Source of the DNA: Clostridia bacterium
GTDB lineage: Bacteria > Bacillota > Clostridia > Oscillospirales > SIG627
Assembly: GCA_017440805.1 (NCBI GenBank)
Contig: JAFSGN010000016.1
Coordinates: forward strand, 130,627-194,626
Direction of reading: 5' to 3'
Length of the DNA: 64,000 bases
Part shown: positions 20,873 through 30,264 of the stretch, piece by piece
Position numbering within the stretch: position 1 is the stretch's first letter
Layout of the letters: each line of letters begins with the position of its first letter
Notes under the pieces: generated by a model
Database searches by the model: none
Seen by the model: only the letters and a program-made list of their open reading frames with translations
Told to the model about the DNA's origin: nothing
Translations under genes and position numbers: made by a program

Positions 20873-20901
20873 ATAATACCATAAAATTCTTAAAAAGTCA
20901 A
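20873..20901 (-). promoter_or_regulatory. sigma-A-type promoter of the tRNA cluster
   Basis: On the minus strand TTGACT, a 17-nt spacer, then TATTAT. It lies about 30 nt upstream of tRNA-Gly. Confidence 0.7.
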
Positions 20902-20947
20902 CTGGTTTTTATAAAAATTCTTATTTTGTTAATATATTTCCGAAATA

Positions 20948-21277
20948 TTATCGCTCGGGGTTTGTAAGTCTGATAAGCAGACTGCTGTTGTCCGGGGTAT
21001 CTGTTTTTCCCAATGCCGCAACATTCCGTACGGTTTGTCCGCATTTTTTGCATTTAAAAACTATTATAAATCCCTTTTTGGCATCCGGCAAACTCTGGAC
21101 AGGCACCAGTAAACCGCCACAGTCATTCATTCTGTCGCCGGGGTTTATATCTACATGTTTTGAGTGAAGGCAGTATGGGCAGTGGTTGCGTGATGTATAA
21201 CCTAAAGGTGTTACTTGCTTACCGCAATTTTCACATACAAATCCGCTGTCAAGTTTTGAAAATCGTTTTGTTTCCAT
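20948..21277 (-). CDS. RNHCP-domain zinc-ribbon protein
   Basis: It carries the literal RNHCP motif (SRNHCPYCLHSKH) plus the CENCG and CKKCG Cys pairs. Confidence 0.75.
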   Translation of the reverse strand: METKRFSKLDSGFVCENCGKQVTPLGYTSRNHCPYCLHSKHVDINPGDRMNDCGGLLVPVQSLPDAKKGFIIVFKCKKCGQTVRNVAALGKTDTPDNSSLLIRLTNPER

Positions 21278-21308
21278 TTTGTCTCCGTTTTTCTTTTTCT
21301 ATGTTGAT

Positions 21309-21337
21309 ATTGTATCATATCAGCATAAAAAAATCAA
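21309..21337 (-). promoter_or_regulatory. sigma-A-type promoter of the RNHCP gene
   Basis: On the minus strand TTGATT, a 17-nt spacer, then TACAAT, followed by a GGAGAC RBS. Confidence 0.65.
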
Positions 21338-21406
21338 GATACGGACTATGACGGATACAAAATTTTAACAGTTTGAATTTTCTTTTTTTAATTAAAAGGC
21401 GACACA

Positions 21407-21447
21407 GAGAGAGACGCTTCGTAAAGAAGTTGTCTCTCTTGTTTTTT
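21407..21447 (+). terminator. plus-strand-oriented intrinsic terminator with no plus-strand gene upstream
   Basis: A long stem (AGAGAGAC plus GCTTC paired with GAAGT plus GTCTCTCT) is followed directly by TGTTTTTT on the plus strand. The T-tract on the minus strand is displaced. Confidence 0.6.
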
Positions 21448-21529
21448 ATCTTCATAAAACAAATGACACTTTGAACAAAGATTATGAAAGTGTCATAGTG
21501 GGACATACTTTGAGAAAGGTAAATACTTG

Positions 21530-21682
21530 CCGAAAATAATATTTCTTTTTCGGTGTGTAAAAGTGATATTGCAAACTAAGAGTTTGCAGTGATATTTTTG
21601 CCAAAAGGCAAAAGTGATATGAAAACCTATCGGTTTTCGTGATATTATATTCCCCTTAAAACTGTCCGAAGGACAATATCAC
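21530..21682. repeat. array of 5 different perfect hairpins separated by invariant GTGATAT heptamers
   Basis: GTGATAT occurs at 21563, 21589, 21614 and 21639, and inverted at 21676. The intervening palindromes lie at 21570-21588, 21596-21613 and 21621-21638. Flanking hairpins lie at 21530-21553 and 21663-21675. Confidence 0.85.
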
Positions 21683-21704
21683 TCGCTGTTAGGCTAATAT
21701 AACT

Positions 21705-21733
21705 GAGGCGCACTTCCTTACGGAGTACGCCTC
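21705..21733 (-). terminator. hairpin 21 nt after the stop of the sugar-binding-protein gene (putative operon terminator or stabiliser)
   Basis: On the minus strand GAGGCGTACTCC-GTAA-GGAAGTGCGCCTC forms about 11 bp and allows a GNRA-type GUAA loop. It is followed only by AGUUAUAUU. Confidence 0.5.
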
Positions 21734-21753
21734 GAGTGCCGCCCTTTAATGTT

Positions 21754-22896
21754 TTATCCCTCGTAAACCAGATTCTTTGCTATCATATCATCCACATTTT
21801 CGCTGTTCCACCAGGTTCCCGAAATTGCTACATCCGGAGAAACCTGCTTTTTTTCAAGTGCAAACACACATTGTTCTACTGCCTGATATCCTATCTGATA
21901 TGAGTCCTGGGCAACTGCACCCACAAGTTTGGGACCTGTTGTCTTTCTCATCCATTCAATCTGCTTGGTACCTGCATCATATCCGCAAAATTTAATGCTG
22001 TCATACTTGGTGCCGGATGCTCCGATAGCGTCATACACCTGTTTTACAACACCTTCGTTTGTCATGAAAATTGCCGCCGCACCTTTCTCAAAAAGTGCTT
22101 CAAGTGCAGTTTTATATGCGTTTTCCGCATCTCCGGGCTTAACCTCTTTTTCTATTACGCACTTTCCTTTTGTGGATTCATTTGATTCGCACAATTGGGT
22201 AAACTTATCTACAAAGCCTTTTGCCCTGTCAATTCCCGTCTGTGTTTCATCATGCTGAATTACGCCCACAATATACTTTTGCGAAGCCTCAATATCGCCT
22301 TTGATTGCGGCATAAAAGTTCTCTGCCGCAAGCGCTGCCGCTTTTTCGTTACTGGTGGCAACAGATGCCACAATGGGATTTTTTGAAACCTTGTCCAAAG
22401 ACGCAATATCGTTTGCCCATACACCGCTGTCAAACTGCACTACAGGTATTTTTGCATCATATGCCTGCTTTAACATGTCCGAAAAGCCCTCTCCGATTGT
22501 GGCGATTACAAGACCTGCAGCGTTGTTTGATAGTGCAGTTTGCACCATTTCCATCTGTGACGGAATATCCTTGGGTGATTCACTTACAGGTCCGCGGTAT
22601 GTTATTTTGTAGCCGTATTTTTTTCCGGCATCTTCTGCTCCCGCTTTAACCGATTGCCAAAAGGCGTGGGATTCGCCTTTGGCAATAACTGCAATACTTT
22701 TGTTGACAGTACCTACAGAAGTATTACCTGAGTTTTTGTCGGTATCAAGTATTCCCGTACCGGTATTATTATTTCCCGTTCCGTTGTTTGTACCTGTATC
22801 TGATTCGGGATTATTGTTCCACATATCGCATGAAACAAGGCTCAGGGTTAAAATCGCAATAGTCACAACAAGAGTCAATATAAGTGTTTTTTTCAT
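21754..22896 (-). CDS. sugar ABC transporter substrate-binding lipoprotein (periplasmic-binding-protein type I, ribose/galactose class)
   Basis: A signal peptide with the lipobox LVSC is followed by a Thr/Asn/Gly-rich linker and a PBP1-type fold. It is the last gene of the ATPase-permease-SBP unit. Confidence 0.8.
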   Translation of the reverse strand: MKKTLILTLVVTIAILTLSLVSCDMWNNNPESDTGTNNGTGNNNTGTGILDTDKNSGNTSVGTVNKSIAVIAKGESHAFWQSVKAGAEDAGKKYGYKITYRGPVSESPKDIPSQMEMVQTALSNNAAGLVIATIGEGFSDMLKQAYDAKIPVVQFDSGVWANDIASLDKVSKNPIVASVATSNEKAAALAAENFYAAIKGDIEASQKYIVGVIQHDETQTGIDRAKGFVDKFTQLCESNESTKGKCVIEKEVKPGDAENAYKTALEALFEKGAAAIFMTNEGVVKQVYDAIGASGTKYDSIKFCGYDAGTKQIEWMRKTTGPKLVGAVAQDSYQIGYQAVEQCVFALEKKQVSPDVAISGTWWNSENVDDMIAKNLVYEG

Positions 22897-22910
22897 TTTC
22901 TGTTCCTTTC

Positions 22911-23888
22911 TCAGTTTGATTTAATTTTTTTATTTTTAATGACATCCATCAATACTGCTACAATAACAATTACACCTGTCAGCACATAGGTCACATAGGT
23001 TGCGTTAAGATTAAGATTGAATTTTGCAAGTACAAAATTAAGTCCGCTTCGTATTACCACAAGAAGCACAGAGCCTATAATCGAGCCTCCCACCGATGCA
23101 ACACCGCCCGTAGCACTTGTTCCTCCGATGTATACACCTGCTATTGCATCAAGTTCCATTCCGTTACCTGTTGCGGAGGCAACGGTTGTAAAAGATGCAG
23201 ACCAGAATATTGCCGCAATACCTGCTCCCAGTCCGCTGAAAAGATATGCGAGTATTTTATATTTCACAATATTTATACCCGAGAGGCGTGTTGCCTCTTC
23301 GTTACTGCCTATGGATAGTATATACCGTCCTACTTTACTTTTATACATCAGATACATACAAATGAGCATAAAACCTATAACCCAGAATATTCCCGTAGGT
23401 ATTCCAGAATAGTTTGAAAACACTCCGTTAAACCAGGTACCCGTAGGATAAAATATATTCGGAACGGATACCGCCAGAGCCGAAACTCCTCTTGCAAACA
23501 TCATTGTTCCGAGGGTGGCAATAAACGGAGGAAGTCCCAACACCGCCACCATAAATCCGTTTGCAATTCCGAATATGATACCTATTATCAGCATTACCGG
23601 AATTGTCATCCACAACGGCATTCCCGACATATACAGTTTACCCGCTATAACAGCAGCGGCTATACACACAGTACCGATGGAAAGGTCGATGCCCCCTGTT
23701 GCAATGACAAATGTTACACCCAGTGCAAGAAAAGCATAAGGAGAAAGAGACTGTGCCATACTGAGAATGTTATAACGGTTGATAAAATTGGGGTTAAGTG
23801 CCGTAAAAATCACAATAAGTGCCACCAGAGCAAGAAAAATTATTATATTCTGTTTTCCTTTGGTATTCATAAATTTAATAATATTCAT
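22911..23888 (-). CDS. sugar ABC transporter permease (RbsC/branched-chain-type)
   Basis: The 325-aa polytopic protein carries GGIDLSIG, and the IGSNEEATRLSGINV motif is typical of ribose-class permeases. Confidence 0.85.
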   Translation of the reverse strand: MNIIKFMNTKGKQNIIIFLALVALIVIFTALNPNFINRYNILSMAQSLSPYAFLALGVTFVIATGGIDLSIGTVCIAAAVIAGKLYMSGMPLWMTIPVMLIIGIIFGIANGFMVAVLGLPPFIATLGTMMFARGVSALAVSVPNIFYPTGTWFNGVFSNYSGIPTGIFWVIGFMLICMYLMYKSKVGRYILSIGSNEEATRLSGINIVKYKILAYLFSGLGAGIAAIFWSASFTTVASATGNGMELDAIAGVYIGGTSATGGVASVGGSIIGSVLLVVIRSGLNFVLAKFNLNLNATYVTYVLTGVIVIVAVLMDVIKNKKIKSN

Positions 23889-23890
23889 TG

Positions 23891-25387
23891 TTAATTCCTC
23901 ATTGTTGCGTATTTCATTATTTCCTCTTGCGTCGCATTTTCAATATCCAGTACAGCGGTTATTTTTCCTTCGCACATGACTGCCACACGGTCACTCAACC
24001 GCTGAATTTCGCTCAGTTCCGAGGAAATCATAATAATTGATTTGCCTTGTGCAACAAGTTTTTCCATAAGTTCGTACATTTCACTTTTCGCACCTATATC
24101 TATTCCGCGGGTTGGCTCGTCAAAAATAAATATATCACAATTTTTCAAAAGCCATCTTGCCACTATTACTTTCTGCTGATTTCCGCCGGAAAGTTTTCTG
24201 AGTTCCTGATAGACAGAAGATGCCTTGGTTTTAAGAACTTTATTTATTTCTTCTGCAGAACGCTCCGCAGATTTATCGTCAATCCAGCCGAATTTTATAT
24301 AGTCATCAATACTTGCAAGTACAGAATTTTCCGCAATTGATTTTGACAGCAGAAGTCCGTATCTCTTTCTGTCCTCGGAAAGATAGCATACTCCCCTTTT
24401 GACTGCATCCGAGGGTTGTTTTATCTTTACTCTCTCTCCTTTTATATAAATCTCTCCGCTATCGTAACCGTCTGCACCGTATATTGCCCGTGCTATCTCG
24501 GTACGGCCTGCACCCATAAGTCCCGAAAATCCCAGTATCTCGCCTTTTCTCAGTTTAAAACTTACATCCCGTATAACATTTGCCCTGTTTAAATTCCTGA
24601 CCTCCAGTACTGTTTCCGCATCAGGTTTTACATTGCTTTTTTGCTTTTTTTCTCCATAAATAACACGCCCCACCATCATATTGACAATTTCATCTTTTGT
24701 GGTATTCTGCGTAATGAGGGTTCCTATATATTCGCCGTCACGCATAACAGTTATACGGTCTGATATTCTTCCTATTTCATCCATACGGTGAGATATATAT
24801 ATCATGCCTATTCCCTTGCCGCGGAGGTCGTTCATTATCTTGAACAATTCCTCCACCTCGGGTTGCGTCAGTGCCGCTGTGGGTTCATCAAGAATAAGCA
24901 GTTTTGAATCATGGGATACCGCCTTGGCTATCTCCACCATTTGCTGTTTTCCTACAGAAAGACTTCCCAGAGTCTGAGACGGGTCAATTTTTACACCTAT
25001 ACGGTCAAAAAGTTCTTTTGCTTTTTTCTCCATTTTACTGTCATTTATAATAACACCGCCTGTCATCTCTTCTCTGCCGATATATATATTCTGTGCAACA
25101 GTAAGGTGGTTTATCATATTAAGTTCCTGATGGATAATTGCAATTCCCGCTTTCTGAGAGTCATTGATGCTTTTAAAATTCACTTTCTGACCGAAAAGTT
25201 CAACTTCTCCCGCATCTTTCTGATAAATACCGCAAAGTACTTTCATCAAAGTTGACTTTCCTGCTCCGTTTTCCCCCATTAAAGCATGGACTTCCCCCGA
25301 ACACAGTTCGAAATTTGCGTTTTTCAGCGCATATACTCCGGAAAAGCGTTTTTCAATGCCGGTCATTTTAAGAATTTGCTCTCCCAC
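23891..25387 (-). CDS. sugar ABC transporter ATP-binding protein (duplicated ATPase, RbsA/MglA-like)
   Basis: It has two NBDs, each with Walker A (GENGAGKST and GLMGAGRTE), a signature (LSVGKQQ and LSGGNQQK) and Walker B. GTG 25387 follows AGGTG; ATG 25366 is an alternative start. Confidence 0.88.
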   Translation of the reverse strand: MGEQILKMTGIEKRFSGVYALKNANFELCSGEVHALMGENGAGKSTLMKVLCGIYQKDAGEVELFGQKVNFKSINDSQKAGIAIIHQELNMINHLTVAQNIYIGREEMTGGVIINDSKMEKKAKELFDRIGVKIDPSQTLGSLSVGKQQMVEIAKAVSHDSKLLILDEPTAALTQPEVEELFKIMNDLRGKGIGMIYISHRMDEIGRISDRITVMRDGEYIGTLITQNTTKDEIVNMMVGRVIYGEKKQKSNVKPDAETVLEVRNLNRANVIRDVSFKLRKGEILGFSGLMGAGRTEIARAIYGADGYDSGEIYIKGERVKIKQPSDAVKRGVCYLSEDRKRYGLLLSKSIAENSVLASIDDYIKFGWIDDKSAERSAEEINKVLKTKASSVYQELRKLSGGNQQKVIVARWLLKNCDIFIFDEPTRGIDIGAKSEMYELMEKLVAQGKSIIMISSELSEIQRLSDRVAVMCEGKITAVLDIENATQEEIMKYATMRN

Positions 25388-25427
25388 TTATTGCACCTGC
25401 CTTTTGTTAACATTCGCAAACATTATT

Positions 25428-25480
25428 CCCATGAAAAAAGAAAAATATACTCTGATTTGAATTTTTTCAAACCAGAGTAT
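25428..25480 (-). terminator. intrinsic terminator after tatD
   Basis: On the minus strand the imperfect stem ATACTCTGGTTTGAA/TTCAAATCAGAGTAT is followed by ATTTTTCTTTTTT. Confidence 0.7.
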
Positions 25481-25496
25481 AGCCGTAACCTGTAAA

Positions 25497-26279
25497 TTAT
25501 TGAATATTAAAAAGTTTTTTTGCATTGGATTGGGTTATTTCCAGAATATATTCCACATCCTTGTGTTTCAAATCGGCAATTTTTTGTGCCGTAGCATAAG
25601 CGTGTTTTGATGTATTGAGTTGTCCGCGGTAGGGGACCGGTGCAAGATAAGGTGCATCGGTTTCTATAAGCAATTTGTCATCAGGCACATATTGCACGGT
25701 TTCGGCAAGATTAACCGCATTTTTAAATGTAACCGACCCGCTGTAAGAAACATACCAGCCTTTTTTTATAAGCTCTTTTGCCATTTCGCAACTGCCTGAA
25801 AAACTGTGCATAACACCCACAGTTTTATATTGGGACACAACCTCCATCGTCTGCCCGTGTGCTTCTCTGTCGTGAACAATAATGGGGTAGCCTGTTTTTT
25901 GTGACATAAGCATCTGCCGTTCAAAAACCTTCTTCTGAATTTCCCGGGGTGAAAAATCATAATGAAAATCAAGTCCTGCCTCACCTATCGCACACACTTT
26001 TGGGTGAGAAAGCATACTTTCAATTTCCTCAAACCACTTTTCGTCTGCGTTTTGTGCTTCGTGGGGATGAATTCCCACTGCCGCATACATAAAACCGTAT
26101 TTTTCCGAAAGTGCAACGGAAAACCTGGAAGACTGAATATCGCATCCCGCATTTACAATGTAACCGACTCCGCAGGGGCAGATATTATCACCGGATGTTA
26201 TACCGGACAAAATTTCTTCCCGTATATTATCAAATTTTTCGTCGTCATAATGTGCATGTGAATCAAAAAGCATTGTCAT
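25497..26279 (-). CDS. TatD-family metal-dependent hydrolase/DNase
   Basis: FDSHAHYDD, GIHPHEA, AIGEAGLDFHY, IVHDREAH and ETDAPYLAP motifs are present. Confidence 0.88.
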   Translation of the reverse strand: MTMLFDSHAHYDDEKFDNIREEILSGITSGDNICPCGVGYIVNAGCDIQSSRFSVALSEKYGFMYAAVGIHPHEAQNADEKWFEEIESMLSHPKVCAIGEAGLDFHYDFSPREIQKKVFERQMLMSQKTGYPIIVHDREAHGQTMEVVSQYKTVGVMHSFSGSCEMAKELIKKGWYVSYSGSVTFKNAVNLAETVQYVPDDKLLIETDAPYLAPVPYRGQLNTSKHAYATAQKIADLKHKDVEYILEITQSNAKKLFNIQ

Positions 26280-26426
26280 GTGTATATTTTCCTATCATTA
26301 AGTTTTTGTATAATATATCTTACTACAAAAATCAACAAAAATCAACAGCAAAAAATTAACCTCACAATACCGCCCCTACATATAATATTATGGGACTGTA
26401 CGAAACAGTCACTTCAGGAGGTATTT

Positions 26427-28289
26427 ATGGAAAAATTGATTAATTTGCTGTGCGGTATCCGTATGACTCTGATAAGCGGATTATTCCTTGCTTCAAATCT
26501 TTTTCTGTGGATTGCAGATATTGATACCGATTTTTCACCCGCATGGCTTACGATAATAATTTCGGGTATTCCCATTGCATATCTGGCAATAAAAAGGATT
26601 ATACACGGTAAAGGCATAGAAAAAATTTCATCTGCACTTCTTATCACCATCGCAATAATTGCTTCTGTTTGTATAGGAGAATTTTTTGCAGCGGGAGAAG
26701 TGGCGTTTATAATGGCAGTGGGTGAAATACTTGAGATAAAGACATCTGAAAGAGCAAAAAGAGGACTGGGAAAACTGATTTCACTCACACCGTCAAACGC
26801 AAGAATTATATGCAACGGAACTGAGAGCATAATCCCTGCAGATAAAATAAAAGCAGGTGACATACTCCGGGTTTTTCCGGGTGAGGTTATTCCTACAGAC
26901 GGAACTGTTATAAGCGGGGAAACTTCGGTTGACCAGTCTGTTATGACAGGAGAATCTCTTCCGTCGGACAAAACTGTGGGGGATTGTCTTTTCTGCGGTA
27001 CATTAAACCGTTTCGGTACGGTTGATATGCAGGCAACAGCCACTTCAAAAAACAATTCTCTTTCAAATCTCATTCAACTGGTAAAGGATGCACAGGACAA
27101 AAAAGCACCTGTGCAGAGAACTGCTGACAAATGGGCAAGTTTTCTTGTGCCCGCATCCCTTTTGGTTGCTGTTATTACCTATCTGATAACAAAAAATCCC
27201 ATTAACGCCGTCACTATTCTTGTGGTTTTCTGTCCCTGTGCTCTCGTTCTGGCTACCCCTACTGCCATAATGGCGGCAATAGGCCAGGCTTCAAAATACG
27301 GAGTTATTATAAAATCGGGCGAGGCTCTTGAAAATATGGGAAAAACCGACATTGTGGCGTTTGACAAAACCGGCACTCTGACACTGGGCTCTCCATCGGT
27401 AAGCGATATTATTCCCTGTGAAAATGTTGATGCAGTTAAACTTCTCAGCATTACGGCTACAGCAGAAGCGAGAAGCGAACATCCCCTTGGAAAAGCAATT
27501 ATGAACCATGCAAAAGAGCGTAATATTGAATTCTCCCCTCCCTTAAGTTTTCTGATGAAGGCGGGAAAAGGAGTTATTGTAACATCCGAAAACGGAATAA
27601 TTCATTGCGGAAACGAAAAATTCATTACAGAAAACGATATTGAACTTCCGGATAAAATACATACTGCTGTCAGACAATTCTCCTTGCAGGGAAAAGCGGC
27701 GGTTATAACTTCGCTGAACGGTGAATGCCTTGGAGTTACGGTACTTTCCGATGTGCTTAAACCGGAAAGCAGACTTATCGGCCAACAACTTTCCGCATTA
27801 GGTGTATCCTTGGTATTACTGACAGGAGACAATAAGGGTGCTGCGGAATTTATGGCACTTAACACCGGAATAACCCATATATTTCCCGAATTATTACCCC
27901 AGGACAAAGTGAAAGTTATTGAAGAATTAAAATCAGAAGGAAAATTTGTCTGTATGACCGGCGATGGCGTTAACGATGCTCCTGCTTTAAAGGCCGCGGA
28001 TGTAGGTATTGCAATGGGAGCAATGGGCAGCGATATTGCAGTAGATGCAGCGGATATTGCCATTATGAATGACGACATTTCAAAAATCCCTTATATTAAA
28101 AGACTTTCTCTGGAAACCATGAAAACAATAAAGTACGGTATTTTCTTTTCGCTGTCTGTTAATTTTATTGCTATCATACTGTCGCTTATGGGAATTATCG
28201 GTCCTACGGCAGGTGCTCTGATACATAACGCCGGCTCTGTTTTTGTGGTGCTTATTTCTGCCATGCTGTATGACAAAAATATCACATAA
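26427..28289 (+). CDS. heavy-metal-translocating P1B-type ATPase without N-terminal metal-binding domain
   Basis: The TM6 motif is CPC (VVFCPCALVLATP). DKTGTLT and TGDGVNDAPAL are present. ATG 26427 follows AGGAGG, and the tracked ORF start at 26280 lies in the divergent promoter region. Confidence 0.88.
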   Translation: MEKLINLLCGIRMTLISGLFLASNLFLWIADIDTDFSPAWLTIIISGIPIAYLAIKRIIHGKGIEKISSALLITIAIIASVCIGEFFAAGEVAFIMAVGEILEIKTSERAKRGLGKLISLTPSNARIICNGTESIIPADKIKAGDILRVFPGEVIPTDGTVISGETSVDQSVMTGESLPSDKTVGDCLFCGTLNRFGTVDMQATATSKNNSLSNLIQLVKDAQDKKAPVQRTADKWASFLVPASLLVAVITYLITKNPINAVTILVVFCPCALVLATPTAIMAAIGQASKYGVIIKSGEALENMGKTDIVAFDKTGTLTLGSPSVSDIIPCENVDAVKLLSITATAEARSEHPLGKAIMNHAKERNIEFSPPLSFLMKAGKGVIVTSENGIIHCGNEKFITENDIELPDKIHTAVRQFSLQGKAAVITSLNGECLGVTVLSDVLKPESRLIGQQLSALGVSLVLLTGDNKGAAEFMALNTGITHIFPELLPQDKVKVIEELKSEGKFVCMTGDGVNDAPALKAADVGIAMGAMGSDIAVDAADIAIMNDDISKIPYIKRLSLETMKTIKYGIFFSLSVNFIAIILSLMGIIGPTAGALIHNAGSVFVVLISAMLYDKNIT

Positions 28290-28435
28290 TTGTTTATTTA
28301 TTACAAATTATACTCATTATTTTTTACATACTTTTCCATATTATTTCACTAAAACTACTGGAATAAAATACACTTTTAGTGTATAATAAAGTTAAAGAAA
28401 ATGGACAGTATAATTTAAAAACTGAAAGGAATAAT

Positions 28436-29497
28436 ATGGATTTACAAAGTTTTATAAGCCTTATGATGAGCAATGTTCCCATGTTTATTGCTGTAATACT
28501 TACTCTCGGCGTCATACTTGTAAACGGATGGACCGATGCTCCCAATGCAATTGCCACCTGTGTCACCACAAGATGTATGTCTGAACGCTCGGCGGTTCTT
28601 ATGGCGGCAGTATTCAATTTCTTTGGTGTTTTGATTATGACTTTAATAAGTCCCAAAGTTTCTGAAACCATAACAAAAATGGTAACTTTTGAGGGCAGTA
28701 AACAGGCAATGACGGCACTGAGTGCCGCTATGTTTGCAATTGTTCTCTGGGCAACCATTGCATGGGTGTTCGGTATTCCCACAAGTGAAAGCCACGCTCT
28801 CATAGCAGGTCTTACAGGCAGTGCCATTGCGGCACAGGGCGGTATCGGCGGTGTGAACGGTTCCGAATGGTTTAAAGTAATAATCGGTATAGCAGTTTCC
28901 ATAACTCTGGGTTTTGCTTTCGGATGGCTTATCTGCAAAGGCGTTACAATTCTGTTTCGCAATGTTGAAAGGAAATTTGCACAAAAGTTTTTTAACAATG
29001 CACAGATATTAGGTGCTGCATCAATGGCATTTATGCACGGTGCACAGGATGGTCAGAAATTTATGGGTGTCATTATTCTTTGCTCGGTACTTGCAAAATC
29101 CATGAATTCAACAGGTGCTCTGTCAACCGACACATCCTTTGAACCTCAACTCTGGATGATGGTTTTATGCTCCGTAGTTATGGGACTGGGAACTGCAATC
29201 GGAGGCAGAAAAATTATAAAATCTGTGGGAATGGATATGGTAAAACTGGAAAAATACCAGGGGTTCTCGGCAGATATTGCGGCAGCCGCTGCTTTGCTTT
29301 TCTGTTCGCTTACCGGACTTCCCGTTTCCACTACCCATGTAAAAACAACTTCCATAATGGGTGTTGGTGCGGTGAAAAGACTCTCCGCAATTAACCTTGG
29401 GGTTGTCAAAGACATGGCAATGACCTGGATTTTAACTTTCCCGGGTTGCGGTCTTGTAGGGTACTTTATGACTAAATTATTTATGCGTATCTTTTGA
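28436..29497 (+). CDS. PiT-family inorganic phosphate transporter
   Basis: The signature is NGWTDAPNAIAT, with a repeated HGAQDGQK and a polytopic topology. ATG 28436 follows AAAGGA. Confidence 0.88.
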   Translation: MDLQSFISLMMSNVPMFIAVILTLGVILVNGWTDAPNAIATCVTTRCMSERSAVLMAAVFNFFGVLIMTLISPKVSETITKMVTFEGSKQAMTALSAAMFAIVLWATIAWVFGIPTSESHALIAGLTGSAIAAQGGIGGVNGSEWFKVIIGIAVSITLGFAFGWLICKGVTILFRNVERKFAQKFFNNAQILGAASMAFMHGAQDGQKFMGVIILCSVLAKSMNSTGALSTDTSFEPQLWMMVLCSVVMGLGTAIGGRKIIKSVGMDMVKLEKYQGFSADIAAAAALLFCSLTGLPVSTTHVKTTSIMGVGAVKRLSAINLGVVKDMAMTWILTFPGCGLVGYFMTKLFMRIF

Positions 29498-29514
29498 AGG
29501 AGGTTTTTATAAAT

Positions 29515-30138
29515 ATGTCTAAAAAATCGGATATGTTTTATTTCGAAAATTTTCTGTCTGTATCACAACTTTGCTGTAATGCTGCCGATTATCTGGTGGA
29601 ATGTCTTAAAAATTACAATGTAAGCAATCTTGAAGATGAAATTTCCCACATGCATAAATACGAACATGAGGCGGATATTAAAAAGCACGAAATGAGCCGT
29701 TCTCTTTCAAAGGCTTTTATTACTCCCCTTGAAAGAGAAGATTTGGCGGAACTCAGCCACACTCTTGATGATGTTACAGACAACATAGAAGAAGTTTTGC
29801 AGTTAATTTACATGGAAGAACCTCAGGAAGTAACAAACGAAAGTGTTGTAATGGCAGTAAAAATTGCAAGTTGCTGCCGAGCCATGGAAAGAATGTTCAA
29901 GGAACTTCATAACTTCAATAAGCCCGAAAAACTTCTCGGTGCAATTGTTGAATTGAACGATTTGGAAGAAGAATGCGACCTGCTTTATCTTCAGGCATAC
30001 AAGAAAATCAGAAAAGAAAAAACAGATGCACTTGAAATTATTTTCTGGAGAAAGGTTTATGACTATCTTGAGCGTTGTGCAGACTCCTGCGAGCATGTTG
30101 CTGATATTGTGGATATGATAGTAATGAAAAATTCATAA
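29515..30138 (+). CDS. DUF47 / PhoU-like PiT accessory protein
   Basis: This all-helical 207-aa protein (HKYEHEADIKKHE... and ...CADSCEHVADIV) lies directly downstream of PiT, the classic pairing. ATG 29515 follows AGGAGG. Confidence 0.75.
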   Translation: MSKKSDMFYFENFLSVSQLCCNAADYLVECLKNYNVSNLEDEISHMHKYEHEADIKKHEMSRSLSKAFITPLEREDLAELSHTLDDVTDNIEEVLQLIYMEEPQEVTNESVVMAVKIASCCRAMERMFKELHNFNKPEKLLGAIVELNDLEEECDLLYLQAYKKIRKEKTDALEIIFWRKVYDYLERCADSCEHVADIVDMIVMKNS

Positions 30139-30264
30139 CATTTCGCGTTTAATAATATTTCATATATATATTTTAAAATATTACGATAAAGTATTGCTTT
30201 TTTGGTGAAATAATGCTAAAATATGTAAAAGAATTTATTATTTATATAAGTGAGGTAATCAGCT

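Noticed and set aside
21563-21645. The regularly spaced GTGATAT repeats looked at first like a miniature CRISPR array.
   Set aside because: The constant unit is only 7 nt. The variable units are 18-19 nt and self-complementary, unlike spacers. There are only four units, and the window has no leader or cas genes.
21663-21675. A possible C(UUCG)G tetraloop on the minus strand (TGTCCTTCGGACA), which would argue for minus-strand RNA.
   Set aside because: The register that pairs all 5 bp gives a 3-nt UUC loop. Forcing a UUCG tetraloop breaks the next base pair, so it is not usable as strand evidence.
26427-28289. The P1B ATPase lacks any N-terminal GMxCxxC heavy-metal-associated domain. Two AAAAATCAAC direct repeats lie in its upstream region (about 26325-26346).
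   Set aside because: MBD-less P1B pumps of about 620 aa are common in Firmicutes. The 10-nt repeats are A-rich, and no adjacent ArsR- or MerR-type regulator is present to give them meaning.
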